Source of the DNA: Octopus sinensis
Lineage: Eukaryota
Direction of reading: 5' to 3'
NCBI RefSeq assembly: GCF_006345805.1
Contig: NC_043004.1
Coordinates: 101,804,001-101,868,000, forward strand
Length of the DNA: 64,000 nt
Under the pieces are notes generated by a model. The model searched no databases and was not told the origin of the DNA. It saw only the letters and a list, made by a program, of their open reading frames with translations. Positions 61,897-64,000 of the stretch are shown here, piece by piece. The translations under genes were made by a program, and so were the position numbers. Positions within the stretch are counted from its first letter, which is position 1; every line of letters begins with the position of its first letter.

Positions 61897-61903
61897 TAAT
61901 AAA

Positions 61904-62457
61904 TGCCTGATGCAGTACCAGGCAGTGGCTCTCATGGCTTCTGATCTTAACTGATTGGAAGTGTTATCATGTACATTGTTTTGTCTTGGTATAAAAGATG
62001 GGCTACAGCAAATATTCTGCTCAATACCACAGATTTGCTTGTCGGTTGTTTGACCGTAACCAGTTGAGCATGTCCCTTAGTGGCTGACGATATGTGCATC
62101 TATGATCACGAGCAGAAGTAGTGGGAGAGCATCATAGCCATGTGTTGAGAAGGATTCTTTGGGGTTTGAATAATTCACCTCTGGAAACATGGGTGTTTCG
62201 TTCAATGTCCGTAAACAACTCTTATTCAGGGACCTTTTGAGTGGGATGGGTTACTCGATCTGAAGAAAATTCTAACTGGGCTCCACCTGCAAGGTCATGT
62301 GCTGTTTATCTTGATATGAGATCACCATGTCGCGCACATATGGTTGTGATGCATGTGCCTGGTGTACCCTTATCAGACGGGTAGTCATGATGGGTATACT
62401 GGGCTTCGTATATTTTACCCTAGTGTCACTTTGATGGCATGCTCTGCTCGCTCACTC
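61904..62457 (+). mobile_element. Unnamed ~550-bp non-coding element, copy 3
   Basis: More diverged independent copy with the same termini, TAA tracts on both sides. Confidence 0.8.
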
Positions 62458-62480
62458 AATAATAATAATAATAATAAATA

Positions 62481-63163
62481 AGACATGACAGAGTTGGCCA
62501 ATATAATAAGACATGACAGAGTTGGCCAATATCTACACTGGCTAATAAGTCGGCATTACAATATCAAAACTGCCGACAAGTGGTGTAGCCACCACCCTGA
62601 AGATGTAACTGAAGGAGAAAATGTAACCATTCTGTGGGATTTTCCAGTACTTACAGACCGAACCATCAAGGCCAATAAACCGGATATTCTTGTGAAAGAC
62701 CAGAACAATAAAGTTTGCTTATTGATCGACATGAGCATCCCCTGTGATCATAATATCTCGGCGAAAGAGTTTGACAAGCTCAGAAAATATAAAGACCTGT
62801 TCATTGAAATTGAGAAAATGTGGCATCTCAAGGCGGTTACCATACCAGTGATCGTAGGAGCACTAGGAATGATCAAGAAGGGAATCGAAAATTATATGAG
62901 AATGATCCCTGGTTTACCATCCCTGCAAGAAGTGCAAAAGATTGTCTTAACTGGTACATCACACGTATTGAGAAGAGCATTGTCGATGTGAGAACTATTA
63001 CTACCCATGTATATTTTAATTTAACTTTATTTCTATAAAAAAAAATGAACGAACTAGTGAGTTCAGTTTAATGGCCTACCAATGTATACTATGAGTTTCT
63101 TTGCCCTAGGAGTCGGGAAGACTCGGCAAGAAATGGAAGCAAATTTGAAAGAAGAAAAACCCA
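62481..63163 (+). mobile_element. R4/Dong-like LINE lineage a, short 5'-truncated copy
   Basis: RHDRVGQYLHW...KPDILVKD...LRRALSM plus 3' UTR; TAA tracts on both sides. Confidence 0.93.
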
Positions 63164-63165
63164 TA

Positions 63166-63228
<63 letters not shown>

Positions 63229-63231
<3 letters not shown>

Positions 63232-64000
63232 TGACTATAAAAAGGCATTCGACAGTATACCGCATCCATGGATCTTGAGATCGCTGGACATCTTCAAAAT
63301 TTTCCCTGTGATTTCAAGCTTCCTGAAGCACAATATGTCGTTGTGGAATACGAATCTTCAATTATACCACTCTAATGGAGTACTTGCCTCAGAAAATATA
63401 AACATCAACTGTGGAATTTTTCAAGGTGACTCACTTTCACCTTCAATATTCTGCATAGCCCTAATACCCCTTACAAATGAATTAAACAGAACAGGGTATG
63501 GGTATAAAATTGCCAATAAAAAAATAAGCCATCTATTTTATATGGATGACTTAAAACTCTATGGTAAAGACAATAATGAACTTGAAGGCCTATTGCGCAC
63601 TGTGAAAGCATTCGGCGATGACATCGGGATGGAGTTTGGACTTGAGAAGTGTGCCAAGGCCACTTTCCAGAAAGGGAAAGTGAAGACCACAAATTCAGTC
63701 GTGTTAGATGTTGACACAGTCATAAGAGAGCTTGAGCAAGAACAAACATACAAATATTTAGGGATAAATGAAGGCTCTGGTATTCAACATGCAAGCATGA
63801 AAGAGAAGATCAGGAAGGAATGTTATAGGAGAGTTCGTGCAGTCCTGAAATCTGAACTAAATGCACGTAACAAGGTGTTAGCTATAAATTCCTCAGCAGT
63901 TCCAGTTGTTACTTATAGCTACAATGAGTTGAACTGGAATATGAGTGAAGTAAAGAATATAGACAGGAAAATAGGCAAGCTGCTGAGTTGTAATAGGATG
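63229..64000 (+). mobile_element. R4/Dong-like LINE lineage a, 5'-truncated copy running off the window
   Basis: Near-identical to 55070-55840 (IDY.KAFDS...YMDDLKL). Confidence 0.93.

Overview
Eukaryotic, AT-rich, repeat-dense genomic DNA. The SINE families, trinucleotide-targeted LINEs and microsatellite load suggest a coleoid cephalopod (Octopus-like); this is an inference. One host gene is recoverable: a DBH-like copper monooxygenase (MOXD1/DBH/TBH family) on the minus strand. I reconstructed 11 coding exons by hand from ATG 47165 to 283 (about 526 aa in one continuous frame, all introns GT-AG). All six copper ligands are present, and the 3' end probably lies left of the window. Its introns and the upstream 17 kb are filled with two tRNA-derived SINE families, several lineages of R4/Dong-like RLE non-LTR retrotransposons inserted in (TAA)n tracts, Tx1, RTE and CR1 LINE fragments, Penelope-like remnants with hammerhead-like motifs, a Gypsy integrase relic, a Tc1-type MITE, a 3.4-kb ~89-bp satellite with higher-order structure and a 100-N gap. 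The most notable observations are: (1) a 14-kb co-oriented array of TAA-targeted retroelements; (2) two non-coding passenger element families that sit in the same tracts; (3) a shared 3' hairpin plus CYCGRYA motif across divergent R4 lineages; (4) a DOMON domain lacking the canonical Met/His/Cys; and (5) several inverted repeats close to exons. All alignments and translations were done by eye; no searches were run.
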